Shown: positions 8,768 through 17,214 of the stretch, one piece after another
Numbering within the stretch: position 1 is the stretch's first letter
Layout: the number at the start of each line of letters is the position of its first letter
Origin: Gammaproteobacteria bacterium
Lineage (GTDB): Bacteria; Pseudomonadota; Gammaproteobacteria; Magnimaribacterales; AG-339-G14
NCBI GenBank assembly: GCA_004213955.1
Contig: SGZL01000004.1
Span: 4,235 to 68,234 of the forward strand
Direction of reading: 5' to 3'
Length of the DNA stretch: 64,000 bases
The notes under the pieces: model-generated
Told to the model about the DNA's origin: nothing
The model's database searches: none
What the model saw: only the letters and a program-made list of their open reading frames with translations
Program-made: the position numbers and the translations under genes

Positions 8768-10217
8768 TTTATCAAAACCCTCAAAAGGTGCAGAGAAAAT
8801 ACTGCTAGCTCAGATTAAACAAGAATTTTCTGCTCCAGCAGAAGCTATAGAACATTATTTAGATCTAGTAGAGCAGTACGCTAAAGAAAATAATTTAAAT
8901 GTAACTGACGAACTTAATCAGATAAAAGAAGCAGAAAAAAAATTACTCAGCCAATATGAAGAAGCATTTAATGATAATACTTCTTTAAATAACGAAAAAA
9001 AATCTTCAGAAGAATATTCGATTCTCAGGCACAATTTGAGAACACCTCTCAATGCAATCATTGGATACAGTGAGATTCTTATAGAAGATTTTGAAGATGA
9101 TTTTTCACAAGAAATAATTGACGATTTAAATACAATTTTAAATCTATCTAGAGATACTGAAAAAGCCATTGAAAGATTCGTAGATTTTATAAAAGGAGAG
9201 CTTACAGAAAATACCTCAACTGATTCAGATCTGGGACAGATCCAAAACGCAGAATCTCTTTTTAAATCGTTAGGTGATATAGATTATAGCCTTGAGATAG
9301 ACGAACACCTTGAAAACTCAGACGTCTTAATTGTTGACGATAATAAGACTAATTGCGAAGTATTATCAAGACGATTAACTCAAAATGGTCTAAGTTGCAG
9401 AGTCGCATTTGACGGCACTACTGCTATTGAAGAAGTTGAGAAGAAAACACCAGATTTAATTCTCTTAGATGTTATGTTGCCTGATATTAATGGATTAGAG
9501 TTACTTAAACGTTTTAGAAAAAAAAATAAGATAGAGAACCTTCCAATAATTATGGTTTCTGCATTTAACGATGTTGACAGCGTTGCGAAATGTATAAAAT
9601 TAGGTGCTTCTGATTATTTACCTAAACCTTTAAATGGAACAATTTTAATGGCTAAAGCTATAGCAAGTTTAGAGGCAAAATATTTTCGTTCTAGAGAACA
9701 AATATTACTTGATGAATTACATATTAGAGCAACAACTTGCCCTCTAACTGGTATATCAAATAGAAAAGTAGTTTTCGATAAAATCGATAAAGCCTATAAA
9801 AAATCTCAAAAAAAAGATTCTTATTCATTCTCTATCCTCTCAATGGATATAGATTTCTTTAAATCAATTAACGATACTTATGGCCATCCTGGCGGCGACG
9901 AAGTATTAAAATCTTTTTCTACAAAACTTCAAGAATCTTGCAAACCTAATCTTGTCGGAAGAGTTGGAGGTGAAGAATTTATAGCTGTAATTGATAAACT
10001 TGAAGATGAATCAATTGAAAATTATTGTGAGAATTTAAGACAAGAAATAGTTGATTTATCAATAAAATTTCAAGATCATAATATAAAGGTAACAATGAGT
10101 GGAGGAATAGCATCCTCTAATGAAATTAAAAACCTTGAGGATTTGATTAATTTAGCTGATGAAAGACTATATAAAGCTAAAGAAGGGGGGCGTAATCAAA
10201 TTATTTTCGATAAATAG
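8760..10217 (+). CDS. DHp(HisKA-like)-REC-GGDEF protein (response-regulator diguanylate cyclase with an H-box domain but no ATPase domain)
   Basis: 485 aa. It has the H-box ILRHNLRTPLNAIIGYSEIL (His codon 9030-9032), a receiver domain (VLIVDDN...LILLDVMLP...KP), and a GGDEF domain with GGEEF plus the KAKEGGRNQ tail. No N/G1/G2 ATP-binding boxes are visible between the DHp and REC domains. Confidence 0.85.
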   Translation: MSDLSKPSKGAEKILLAQIKQEFSAPAEAIEHYLDLVEQYAKENNLNVTDELNQIKEAEKKLLSQYEEAFNDNTSLNNEKKSSEEYSILRHNLRTPLNAIIGYSEILIEDFEDDFSQEIIDDLNTILNLSRDTEKAIERFVDFIKGELTENTSTDSDLGQIQNAESLFKSLGDIDYSLEIDEHLENSDVLIVDDNKTNCEVLSRRLTQNGLSCRVAFDGTTAIEEVEKKTPDLILLDVMLPDINGLELLKRFRKKNKIENLPIIMVSAFNDVDSVAKCIKLGASDYLPKPLNGTILMAKAIASLEAKYFRSREQILLDELHIRATTCPLTGISNRKVVFDKIDKAYKKSQKKDSYSFSILSMDIDFFKSINDTYGHPGGDEVLKSFSTKLQESCKPNLVGRVGGEEFIAVIDKLEDESIENYCENLRQEIVDLSIKFQDHNIKVTMSGGIASSNEIKNLEDLINLADERLYKAKEGGRNQIIFDK

Positions 10218-10228
10218 GAGATTTAAAA

Positions 10229-10591
10229 ATGAAAAAAATTCTTTACGTTGAAGACAATGAAATGAATCGGGACATGTTAGGTCGTCGATTAACTAGAAGA
10301 GAGTACGATGTAATTTTTGCATTCGATGGTCAAGAGGGATTAGATAAGATGAAATCTGAATCTCCTGATTTAGTCTTAATGGATATGGGTTTACCTGTTC
10401 TAGACGGTTGGGATGCTACAACGCAAGCTAAAGCAGACCCAGAAATTTCAAATATTCCAATAATTGCCCTTACTGCTCATGCTATGGAAACGGACAAGCA
10501 GAAAGCGCTTGATTGTGGAGCCGATGATTTTGATACTAAACCTGTTGATTTTAAAAGACTCCTAGAAAAAATTGAGTCTCATATGGCTTAA
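10229..10591 (+). CDS. Single-domain response regulator (CheY-like receiver)
   Basis: 120 aa with EDNEMNRD, LVLMDMGLP (phospho-Asp), LTAH and DFDTKP motifs. Confidence 0.85.
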   Translation: MKKILYVEDNEMNRDMLGRRLTRREYDVIFAFDGQEGLDKMKSESPDLVLMDMGLPVLDGWDATTQAKADPEISNIPIIALTAHAMETDKQKALDCGADDFDTKPVDFKRLLEKIESHMA

Positions 10592-13578
10592 TCTTTTAAG
10601 ACTTTTGATATCAAATTTGGAAGTTGATTTATAGAAACCTCATCTTTTTTTAATAAACCTTCGACATTGGTCTTAAGCAAATCTTCTTGAACCTCGGTTA
10701 AATCTTTTCCAGAATAAACAATTACATTTGGTTTTGATTTAAACTCCATAGTTACAAATTTTTCTAAGAATTCAAATCCATCCATCCTGGGCATTTCTAG
10801 ATCAAGTACTATAAGAGTAGGAGATTGATCGAGTTTTTTTAGTCCTTCTTTTCCATCTTTTGCAGTAATGGCTTTGAAGCCACTATCTTCTAAAGCTCTT
10901 GATAGAATATCTCTTGTGTTTTCGTCATCGTCAACAATTAAAATCGTATTATCTTTAGAATTACTACCAACGAATTTTTTTACTATTTGTAAGAATTTAT
11001 TTCTCTCAATCGGTTTAGTTAAATAATCATCTGCTCCTAAAGAAAAAGCCAAAGATTCTTGAGACATTTGAGACACCATTATCACAGGAATATCTTTGAT
11101 AGCACTATCGGATTTACATTCTTTTAAAATAGACCAACCATCTCTTCCTGGCATCAAAACATCAAGTAAAATTAACTTAGGTTTGACTTCTCTAATCATG
11201 TTTAGACCTTGTTCGCCATTCGTAGCGCCTAAAAGTGTCAATCCAGCTTTTTTAATAGTTCTTTTGACCAGATCATGCATTGCAACGTCATCATCTATTA
11301 AGACACATAAGTTTTCTCCTTTTAGGGAACTTATTTCTTCGTTATCAATATCTTCAACTTCGTCACATATTCTTGGCAAATAAATTGTAAATTCTGAACC
11401 TTTACCTTTTTCAGAAGATACAGTAACTCCACCACCCATTAATTCTGCAAACCTTTTTGAAATTGGTAACCCCAATCCAGTTCCACCATGTGTTGCAGAA
11501 GTAGATCTTTCAGCTTGTTCATACTCTTCAAAAACTTTTGCAACTCCTTCGGCACTCATTCCTTCTCCATCGTCGGTAACTTTAAATTCAATCATTTCAA
11601 TTCCATCTTTATCAATGCTACTAACATCTAGAGTTATTAATCCTCCCTCTGTAAATTTAAAAGCATTGCTCAAAAAATTAGTTACACATTGTCTGAGTTT
11701 AGTTTCATCTTGTGTCATTGACCCAATAGCTTCTTGAACATTTATTTTGAATCCGTTGTCGTTTTTAGAAGCGAGCGGAGCATTAATGTCTTTTAATGTT
11801 TCGACAACTTTTTCTATTTCAAAGCTCGTTAAATATAGTTCCATTTTCCCTGATTCAATTTTTGATAAATCAAGAATGTTATTAATTAAAGAAAGTAAAT
11901 GTGTACCAGACGAAGTGATCTTTTTTAAATCGGGCATAAGATCTTCATAACCTAAATCCTCACATTCTTCATAAAGCATCTCACCGTAACCCAATATCGC
12001 ATTTAAAGGCGTTCTTAATTCGTGACTCATATTTGCAAAGAATTTGCTTCTTTGTTCATTGGCTTCTAAAGCTTCATCACGGGACTCCTCCATTTCTTTT
12101 GTTCGAGTATCTATTAATACTTGAACTTCTTCTGCCATTCGTGTGAATGCTACAGTCATTAATTCTATAGATGCTTCTTCGCCTTCATCGTCTGAGCTTT
12201 CTTTTGCTAAGGATTGCATTTTATTTATGTCGTTTAATATAAGAGTTCTTGAATCGCCTTCCAGCTCATCAGCTAATATTGTCATTTTTTCAATAATTGC
12301 ATTATCTCTGTCTTTCCTTCGTTTAGCTTGCTCAGCTCTAATATTTTCCATTTCATTTAGATGACCTCTATAAATTTCTAAAGCTTTTGCTAGTTCGCCA
12401 ACCTCGTCATTTTCAGATCTAAGCAATCCAGTTCGCTGAGGCATAGTTTTTGACAAATCACCGCTTGTTAACGCTTGCAAGACTTCAATTGCTTTATTAA
12501 CAGAACCAAAAATATTGGCAGAAATTATAGAAGTAATCGCAATAACAAGAACCATTACGACTATGATCAAGACTAAAATATAGGAGAGGATGGTATTTTC
12601 TTGATCAATGCTAGCTTTTTCGTTTCTAAATATAAAAAATTGAGCTTTGTCAGAAGAGAGATAAGAACTTAAAGAGAGAAGGGTAATAGAGGAACCTAAG
12701 TTTGCATCTCGAGCAGACGTTCTATTTCCTAATTCCATAAGGTTTAAATTTGCTTTATCTACATGAGCTTTTAAATTTGAAATACCATAATTGGTAGTTT
12801 CATAAGAACCTAGATCAGATTCAAAACTTGCATAATCATCGCCTAGAGAAATAACTCCGTTTTGTGTTTGCACAGCAGTAACCAACTCAAACTCATCTCC
12901 AAAGGTTTCCATGGACTTTCTTATATCAATTCCTAGCACAACTATTGCTTCGGCATCTCTAGAAAAGGCTCTTACAGGGAAAGCCATTATTTGATTTAAG
13001 GTGCTTATTTCTTTTCCAGAGGAATCTTCAATCATCTGTAATGATCTTCTTGGTCTTGAAGAGGCATCAGCTAAATATTGATCTAGATTTTTTAGATATT
13101 CAGGCTCTGCATTTGGATTACAAGCATCTACGCCAGATAAATCTAATGCAGAGCTACAATAAAACCTTTTTCCATCTGGGTAATAAGCCTTTACAAAACT
13201 TAAATTTCCCTCGTCTAAATCAAACTCGAACATCAGGTCTAATAGATAACCTGATTCTCCAATATTTTTATCTGTAATAAACTGTATTAGAGGGTTACTG
13301 AAATCATGATCTGGAGATGATAATTCTTCTTCTGGAAAAATTTCTATTTCAGGATCCCAAAAATTTCCTCTTTCTCCAGTTTGAGGAAGCCAAGCCGAAA
13401 TAGAATCAAAAGAAGTTTCTAATGTCTGAAACCAAGCAGACTCATAAGTAGAAACTAGAGACTCACTTGAGAAGGACCGCTGAATATTCTCTCTATAGCT
13501 GTAAAGAAATATTAGGGATAAAGCGAGAATAACATTCCCGAATAAACCAATTAGAATTAATGTGGTTCTTATACGCAT
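10588..13578 (-). CDS. Hybrid sensor histidine kinase (periplasmic sensor-TM-HAMP-coiled coil-HisKA-HATPase-REC-REC)
   Basis: 996 aa with two TM segments flanking a region of about 300 aa. It has the H-box SHELRTPLNAILGYGEML, an N box, DDGEGM (G1) and GGTGLGL (G2), followed by two receiver domains (LLDVLMP and VLDLEMP). Confidence 0.9.
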   Translation of the reverse strand: MRIRTTLILIGLFGNVILALSLIFLYSYRENIQRSFSSESLVSTYESAWFQTLETSFDSISAWLPQTGERGNFWDPEIEIFPEEELSSPDHDFSNPLIQFITDKNIGESGYLLDLMFEFDLDEGNLSFVKAYYPDGKRFYCSSALDLSGVDACNPNAEPEYLKNLDQYLADASSRPRRSLQMIEDSSGKEISTLNQIMAFPVRAFSRDAEAIVVLGIDIRKSMETFGDEFELVTAVQTQNGVISLGDDYASFESDLGSYETTNYGISNLKAHVDKANLNLMELGNRTSARDANLGSSITLLSLSSYLSSDKAQFFIFRNEKASIDQENTILSYILVLIIVVMVLVIAITSIISANIFGSVNKAIEVLQALTSGDLSKTMPQRTGLLRSENDEVGELAKALEIYRGHLNEMENIRAEQAKRRKDRDNAIIEKMTILADELEGDSRTLILNDINKMQSLAKESSDDEGEEASIELMTVAFTRMAEEVQVLIDTRTKEMEESRDEALEANEQRSKFFANMSHELRTPLNAILGYGEMLYEECEDLGYEDLMPDLKKITSSGTHLLSLINNILDLSKIESGKMELYLTSFEIEKVVETLKDINAPLASKNDNGFKINVQEAIGSMTQDETKLRQCVTNFLSNAFKFTEGGLITLDVSSIDKDGIEMIEFKVTDDGEGMSAEGVAKVFEEYEQAERSTSATHGGTGLGLPISKRFAELMGGGVTVSSEKGKGSEFTIYLPRICDEVEDIDNEEISSLKGENLCVLIDDDVAMHDLVKRTIKKAGLTLLGATNGEQGLNMIREVKPKLILLDVLMPGRDGWSILKECKSDSAIKDIPVIMVSQMSQESLAFSLGADDYLTKPIERNKFLQIVKKFVGSNSKDNTILIVDDDENTRDILSRALEDSGFKAITAKDGKEGLKKLDQSPTLIVLDLEMPRMDGFEFLEKFVTMEFKSKPNVIVYSGKDLTEVQEDLLKTNVEGLLKKDEVSINQLPNLISKVLKD

Positions 13579-13593
13579 CTTTGCGTATCGCTA

Positions 13594-13992
13594 CTATTGA
13601 ATAGCGGTCAGGTTAAAGTTAATTCTTACTTGAACATCATTAACTTGAACTGGAACACCGTCATAAGTAGAGGGCTCGTAAATCCATTTTCTAATAGATT
13701 TCATGGCTGCTCGATTGAATAAACCTGCTGGCTCACCTTCAAGTACGTAAGGATCTATTACTGACCCATCTTGTGCCACATCAAATTCAATAATTACATA
13801 TCCTTCTCTCTCTAAACGCAGAGCTTTCCTGGGGTATGTTGCAGGTGTTTGATAGGATCTATCCACGTCTATCTCGATAGTTTCGCCATCAACGGTAATG
13901 TACCCAGAATCTGTAAATGCTAGAGAAACAAAGAAAAAACTCAATAAAGTAAAGATTGTTTTGTAACTTATATATCTATTGTAGAAATTCAT
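13594..13992 (-). CDS. TonB C-terminal-domain protein (short, signal/anchor + TonB_C only)
   Basis: 132 aa with an N-terminal hydrophobic segment followed by YPRKALRLEREGYVIIEFDVAQDGSV...FNRAAMKSIRKWIYEP, typical of the TonB C-terminal fold. No proline-rich spacer. Confidence 0.6.
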   Translation of the reverse strand: MNFYNRYISYKTIFTLLSFFFVSLAFTDSGYITVDGETIEIDVDRSYQTPATYPRKALRLEREGYVIIEFDVAQDGSVIDPYVLEGEPAGLFNRAAMKSIRKWIYEPSTYDGVPVQVNDVQVRINFNLTAIQ

Positions 13993-14054
13993 TTTTTAAA
14001 CTCCTTAAAATGAACTATTATAGTGTATAAGTTAATTAATTTCACTTTCGGTTT

Positions 14055-14453
14055 ATGCCTTTAATTTCTGATCTATTATTAAATCAACGATATTGGGAAA
14101 TCTTCTCTATCTCTGAAAACTCATCCATAGAAGAAGCTTGTAGAATTTTACATAAAAATAAAATAGGAGCTCTTCTAGTTTATTGCGGTGAATCGAATGA
14201 TCCAGATAATTTAGTTGGAATTATTACCGAAAGAGATGTAATTGAAGATATATCTCTAAAAGGGCCTGAACACCTTCATAGTAAAATTAAAGATATTATG
14301 TCTTCTTCTCTTATTAAAGTGAGCCCGAATGATACCACCGATGAAGCTCTCAATACGATGATAGATAATCAAATAAGACATTTGGCTGTAATGGATAACG
14401 ATAAGTTACTTGGCGTAGTCTCGATGAGAGATATTGTAAAAAAATCAAATTAA
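14055..14453 (+). CDS. CBS-domain pair protein
   Basis: 132 aa with two CBS-like repeats (GALLVY...GIITERDV and IRHLAVMDNDKLLGVVSMRDI). Confidence 0.8.
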   Translation: MPLISDLLLNQRYWEIFSISENSSIEEACRILHKNKIGALLVYCGESNDPDNLVGIITERDVIEDISLKGPEHLHSKIKDIMSSSLIKVSPNDTTDEALNTMIDNQIRHLAVMDNDKLLGVVSMRDIVKKSN

Positions 14454-14481
14454 CCTAGCGACAAATAAAGTTTAATTATAT

Positions 14482-16032
14482 TTGATGAATGCATCTGACG
14501 CTCTTATAAAAACTTTGGTATCCAATGGATTAGAAGTTATCTTTGCTAATCCCGGCACTTCAGAAATGCATTTAGTTGCTTCTATTGATAATAATCCTGA
14601 AATTCGACCAGTATTAGGTTTGTTTGAAGGAGTGGTTACAGGTGCAGCAGATGGATACGCAAGAATGGCAGAAAAAAGTGCAGCGAACCTCCTTCATTTA
14701 GGTCCGGGTTTAGGCAATGGCTTTGCCAATATACATAACGCGAAAAAAGCTCGATCTCCTTTATTAAATATAGTTGGAGATCATGCAACTTATCATTTAA
14801 AGCACAACGCACCTTTAACCTCTGATCTCGATAATTTAGCCAAATCCTCATCTGATTGGGTTGGCAGATCAAAAAGTAGTGAGGATATATGCGATTTAGC
14901 CAACATAGCTTGGCAACAAGCTAACTCTCTTCCGGGTCAAATATCGACTTTGATTGTTCCAGCAGATTCAGCTTGGGGAGAATTTAAAGGAAATATTCCA
15001 AAACCTTTAAAAAAAGAAGAGTTTGCTTCAATCGATGAGCAATTAATTCCTAATTCTGCGGAGGTCTTAAAGGTGGATAATTCCATTTTATATTTAGGTG
15101 GTAAGTTTTTAAATGAGGAATGTGTAAATTTAGCTGCAAAAATTGCTAGTAAAACTGGTTGCAGATTAGTTACTGATACCTTTATATCTAGGATTAGAAG
15201 GGGAGAGGGATTACCAGTATTAGAACAAATACCTTACTTTGCAGAATCAGCAGCTGATTTTTTGAAAGATTCATCCGGAATTGTTTTTATTGGAAGTAGA
15301 CCACCTGTCTCTTTCTTTGCATACCCAGACAAAAAAAGCTATTTAACGCCGCCAGAGACGAATATAGTAAATTTGTGTTCTGCTGAACAAGATGGTTTGT
15401 ACGCACTAAATAGTTTAGTGGATGAAACTGGAGCTAATAAAATAAATAAAAATCTACTTCAAACAGCAGTTTCAGATGTTCCAAAATCCGGGGTTTTAGA
15501 TGCAAGTAATCTTGGCCTTCTTATTGCTAATCTAATGCCAGAAAATTCTATAGTGTCAGATGAAGCCGCTACATCGAGCTTTCTTGTAACACCTCAAGCT
15601 TTAAAGGCTAAACCTCATGATTGGTTGTGTTTAACTGGAGGCTCTATCGGGCAAGGATTACCTTTGGCGGTCGGTGCTGCTATAGCTAAACCTGAAAGAC
15701 CAGTAATCACACTTCATGGAGATGGAGGGGCGATGTATACAGTTCAAGCACTATGGACTCAAGCAAGAGAAAATTTAAATATCACAAATATTATCTTTGC
15801 AAATCATTCATACGAAATACTCAAAATAGAACTCTCAAGAGTTGGCGCTGTGAAAACAGGAAAAAGAGCTGATTCTATGTTTTCGTTAGACAATCCAAAA
15901 CTAGACTGGATAAAGCTATCACAATCAATGGGAGTACCTTGTTATGAACCTAAAACTGTAGAAGAATTTATTAAAACTTTCTCTTCTTGTGTTTCTGAAG
16001 ATGGACCATCAACAATACTTATTCAAATGTAA
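14482..16032 (+). CDS. Thiamine-pyrophosphate-dependent enzyme (acetolactate synthase / benzoylformate decarboxylase-like)
   Basis: 516 aa with an N-terminal TPP pyrimidine-binding region (GLEVIFANPGTSEMH) and a C-terminal TPP motif (GDGGAMYTVQALWT...NIIFANHSY). The track start is TTG at 14482, and ATG at 14485 is equally possible. Confidence 0.8.
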   Translation: MMNASDALIKTLVSNGLEVIFANPGTSEMHLVASIDNNPEIRPVLGLFEGVVTGAADGYARMAEKSAANLLHLGPGLGNGFANIHNAKKARSPLLNIVGDHATYHLKHNAPLTSDLDNLAKSSSDWVGRSKSSEDICDLANIAWQQANSLPGQISTLIVPADSAWGEFKGNIPKPLKKEEFASIDEQLIPNSAEVLKVDNSILYLGGKFLNEECVNLAAKIASKTGCRLVTDTFISRIRRGEGLPVLEQIPYFAESAADFLKDSSGIVFIGSRPPVSFFAYPDKKSYLTPPETNIVNLCSAEQDGLYALNSLVDETGANKINKNLLQTAVSDVPKSGVLDASNLGLLIANLMPENSIVSDEAATSSFLVTPQALKAKPHDWLCLTGGSIGQGLPLAVGAAIAKPERPVITLHGDGGAMYTVQALWTQARENLNITNIIFANHSYEILKIELSRVGAVKTGKRADSMFSLDNPKLDWIKLSQSMGVPCYEPKTVEEFIKTFSSCVSEDGPSTILIQM

Positions 16033-16044
16033 TCATTCTTTTTA

Positions 16045-16082
16045 AAAGAAAAAACTTATTTCAACTAAAGAAAAAACTTATT
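16045..16082. repeat. Perfect 16-nt direct repeat AAAGAAAAAACTTATT x2 (16045-16060 and 16067-16082), 22-nt period
   Basis: Read directly in the 55-nt spacer between the TPP-enzyme stop and the dehalogenase start. Function unknown. The sequence is A-rich, so chance similarity is not negligible. Confidence 0.6.
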
Positions 16083-16087
16083 CGAAT

Positions 16088-17209
16088 GTGATGATGAAAA
16101 AGATTTATTTTATTTTTATTTTTTCCTCAATAATTTTGATTTTATTAAGTTGTTCTAATGCTCTAGAAAACAAAATTAATTTAGAAGGTTTAAATGTAGT
16201 TGCTCCTGGAATAATTAGAACGCCTGAAGAAAGATTTGTAAATTTAGAGGATTATCCGTTTCAATCTAATTACATGATGATTGATGGTGTAAGAATTCAT
16301 TATCTAGATGAAGGGCCTAGTGATGCTGACCCTATTATTTTAATGCATGGTTTACCCACTTGGAGTTATCTCTACAGAAAAATGATACCTATTTTTGTAG
16401 ACGCAGGTCATAGAGTAATCGTTCCAGATATGGTTGGGTTTGGTAAGTCTGACAAATATATTGAGAAGAAGTCATACAGTTACTTGAATCACAAAGAACT
16501 TATGAAAAAACTATTCATCAATCTAGATCTAAATAATATTACTTTAATGGGGCAGGATTGGGGAGGCCCAATTGGCTTAAGAGTTGCCGTAGAAATACCA
16601 GAAAAATTTTCAAGACTGATTGTTTCAAATGGTGGGCTGCCATCTATGCCAAACCCTCAGGCCTGGATAATAAAAAACTTTTTAGACTTAAATGTTTGGC
16701 TTAATACTCCAACAAGTTTTCAAGATTTAATTGCCTTGCGAAATCAAGTAAGTGAGATTGATGACGAACCTTCTTTAATTGATGGCTTAAGATTTTTTTC
16801 TAGATGGATTGCTCATTCATATTATGCAGAAGATCTCGATATTTCTGGAGTAATGGTTTTACTTGGGGGCCTAGAGAAACTATCAGAAGGGGAGAAATAT
16901 GCTTATGAAGCTCCTTATCCAAGTTCAGAATATAAAATGGGAGCAAATACCTTTGCGTCTTTTGCAATGCATGAATTGGCGGAAAATGAATCATATTGGA
17001 AAGATGTTTTAGATAAGTGGGAAAAACCATTACTAGTAGCATTTGGAGAAAACGAAAGAACTACTTACAGGCTCAAGCAAGTATTTATAGACAGAATTCC
17101 AAACCCGACTGTTGTAGATGACATAAAGAATGCTGGTCATTTCATTCAAGAAGAAGCTGGAGAAGAATTAGCATTTTTAATAAATGATTTTATTGATGGT
17201 AAACTTTAA
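16088..17209 (+). CDS. Haloalkane dehalogenase, DhlA-like (HLD-I), predicted lipoprotein
   Basis: 373 aa. The N-terminus MMMKKIYFIFIFSSIILILLSC carries an LLSC lipobox. HGLPTWSYLYRKMIPIF...VPDMVGFGKSDK, GQDWGGPIGL (nucleophile Asp-Trp) and NAGHFIQEE closely parallel the Xanthobacter DhlA motifs as I remember them. Confidence 0.8.
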   Translation: MMMKKIYFIFIFSSIILILLSCSNALENKINLEGLNVVAPGIIRTPEERFVNLEDYPFQSNYMMIDGVRIHYLDEGPSDADPIILMHGLPTWSYLYRKMIPIFVDAGHRVIVPDMVGFGKSDKYIEKKSYSYLNHKELMKKLFINLDLNNITLMGQDWGGPIGLRVAVEIPEKFSRLIVSNGGLPSMPNPQAWIIKNFLDLNVWLNTPTSFQDLIALRNQVSEIDDEPSLIDGLRFFSRWIAHSYYAEDLDISGVMVLLGGLEKLSEGEKYAYEAPYPSSEYKMGANTFASFAMHELAENESYWKDVLDKWEKPLLVAFGENERTTYRLKQVFIDRIPNPTVVDDIKNAGHFIQEEAGEELAFLINDFIDGKL

Positions 17210-17214
17210 ATGAT

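Noticed and set aside
13579-13600. Small hairpin (CGCTA-N8-TAGCG) between the TonB_C gene and the hybrid kinase gene.
   Set aside because: It has only 5 bp with an 8-nt loop and no following T-run, and it overlaps the stop codon of the upstream gene. It is too weak to call a terminator or attenuator.
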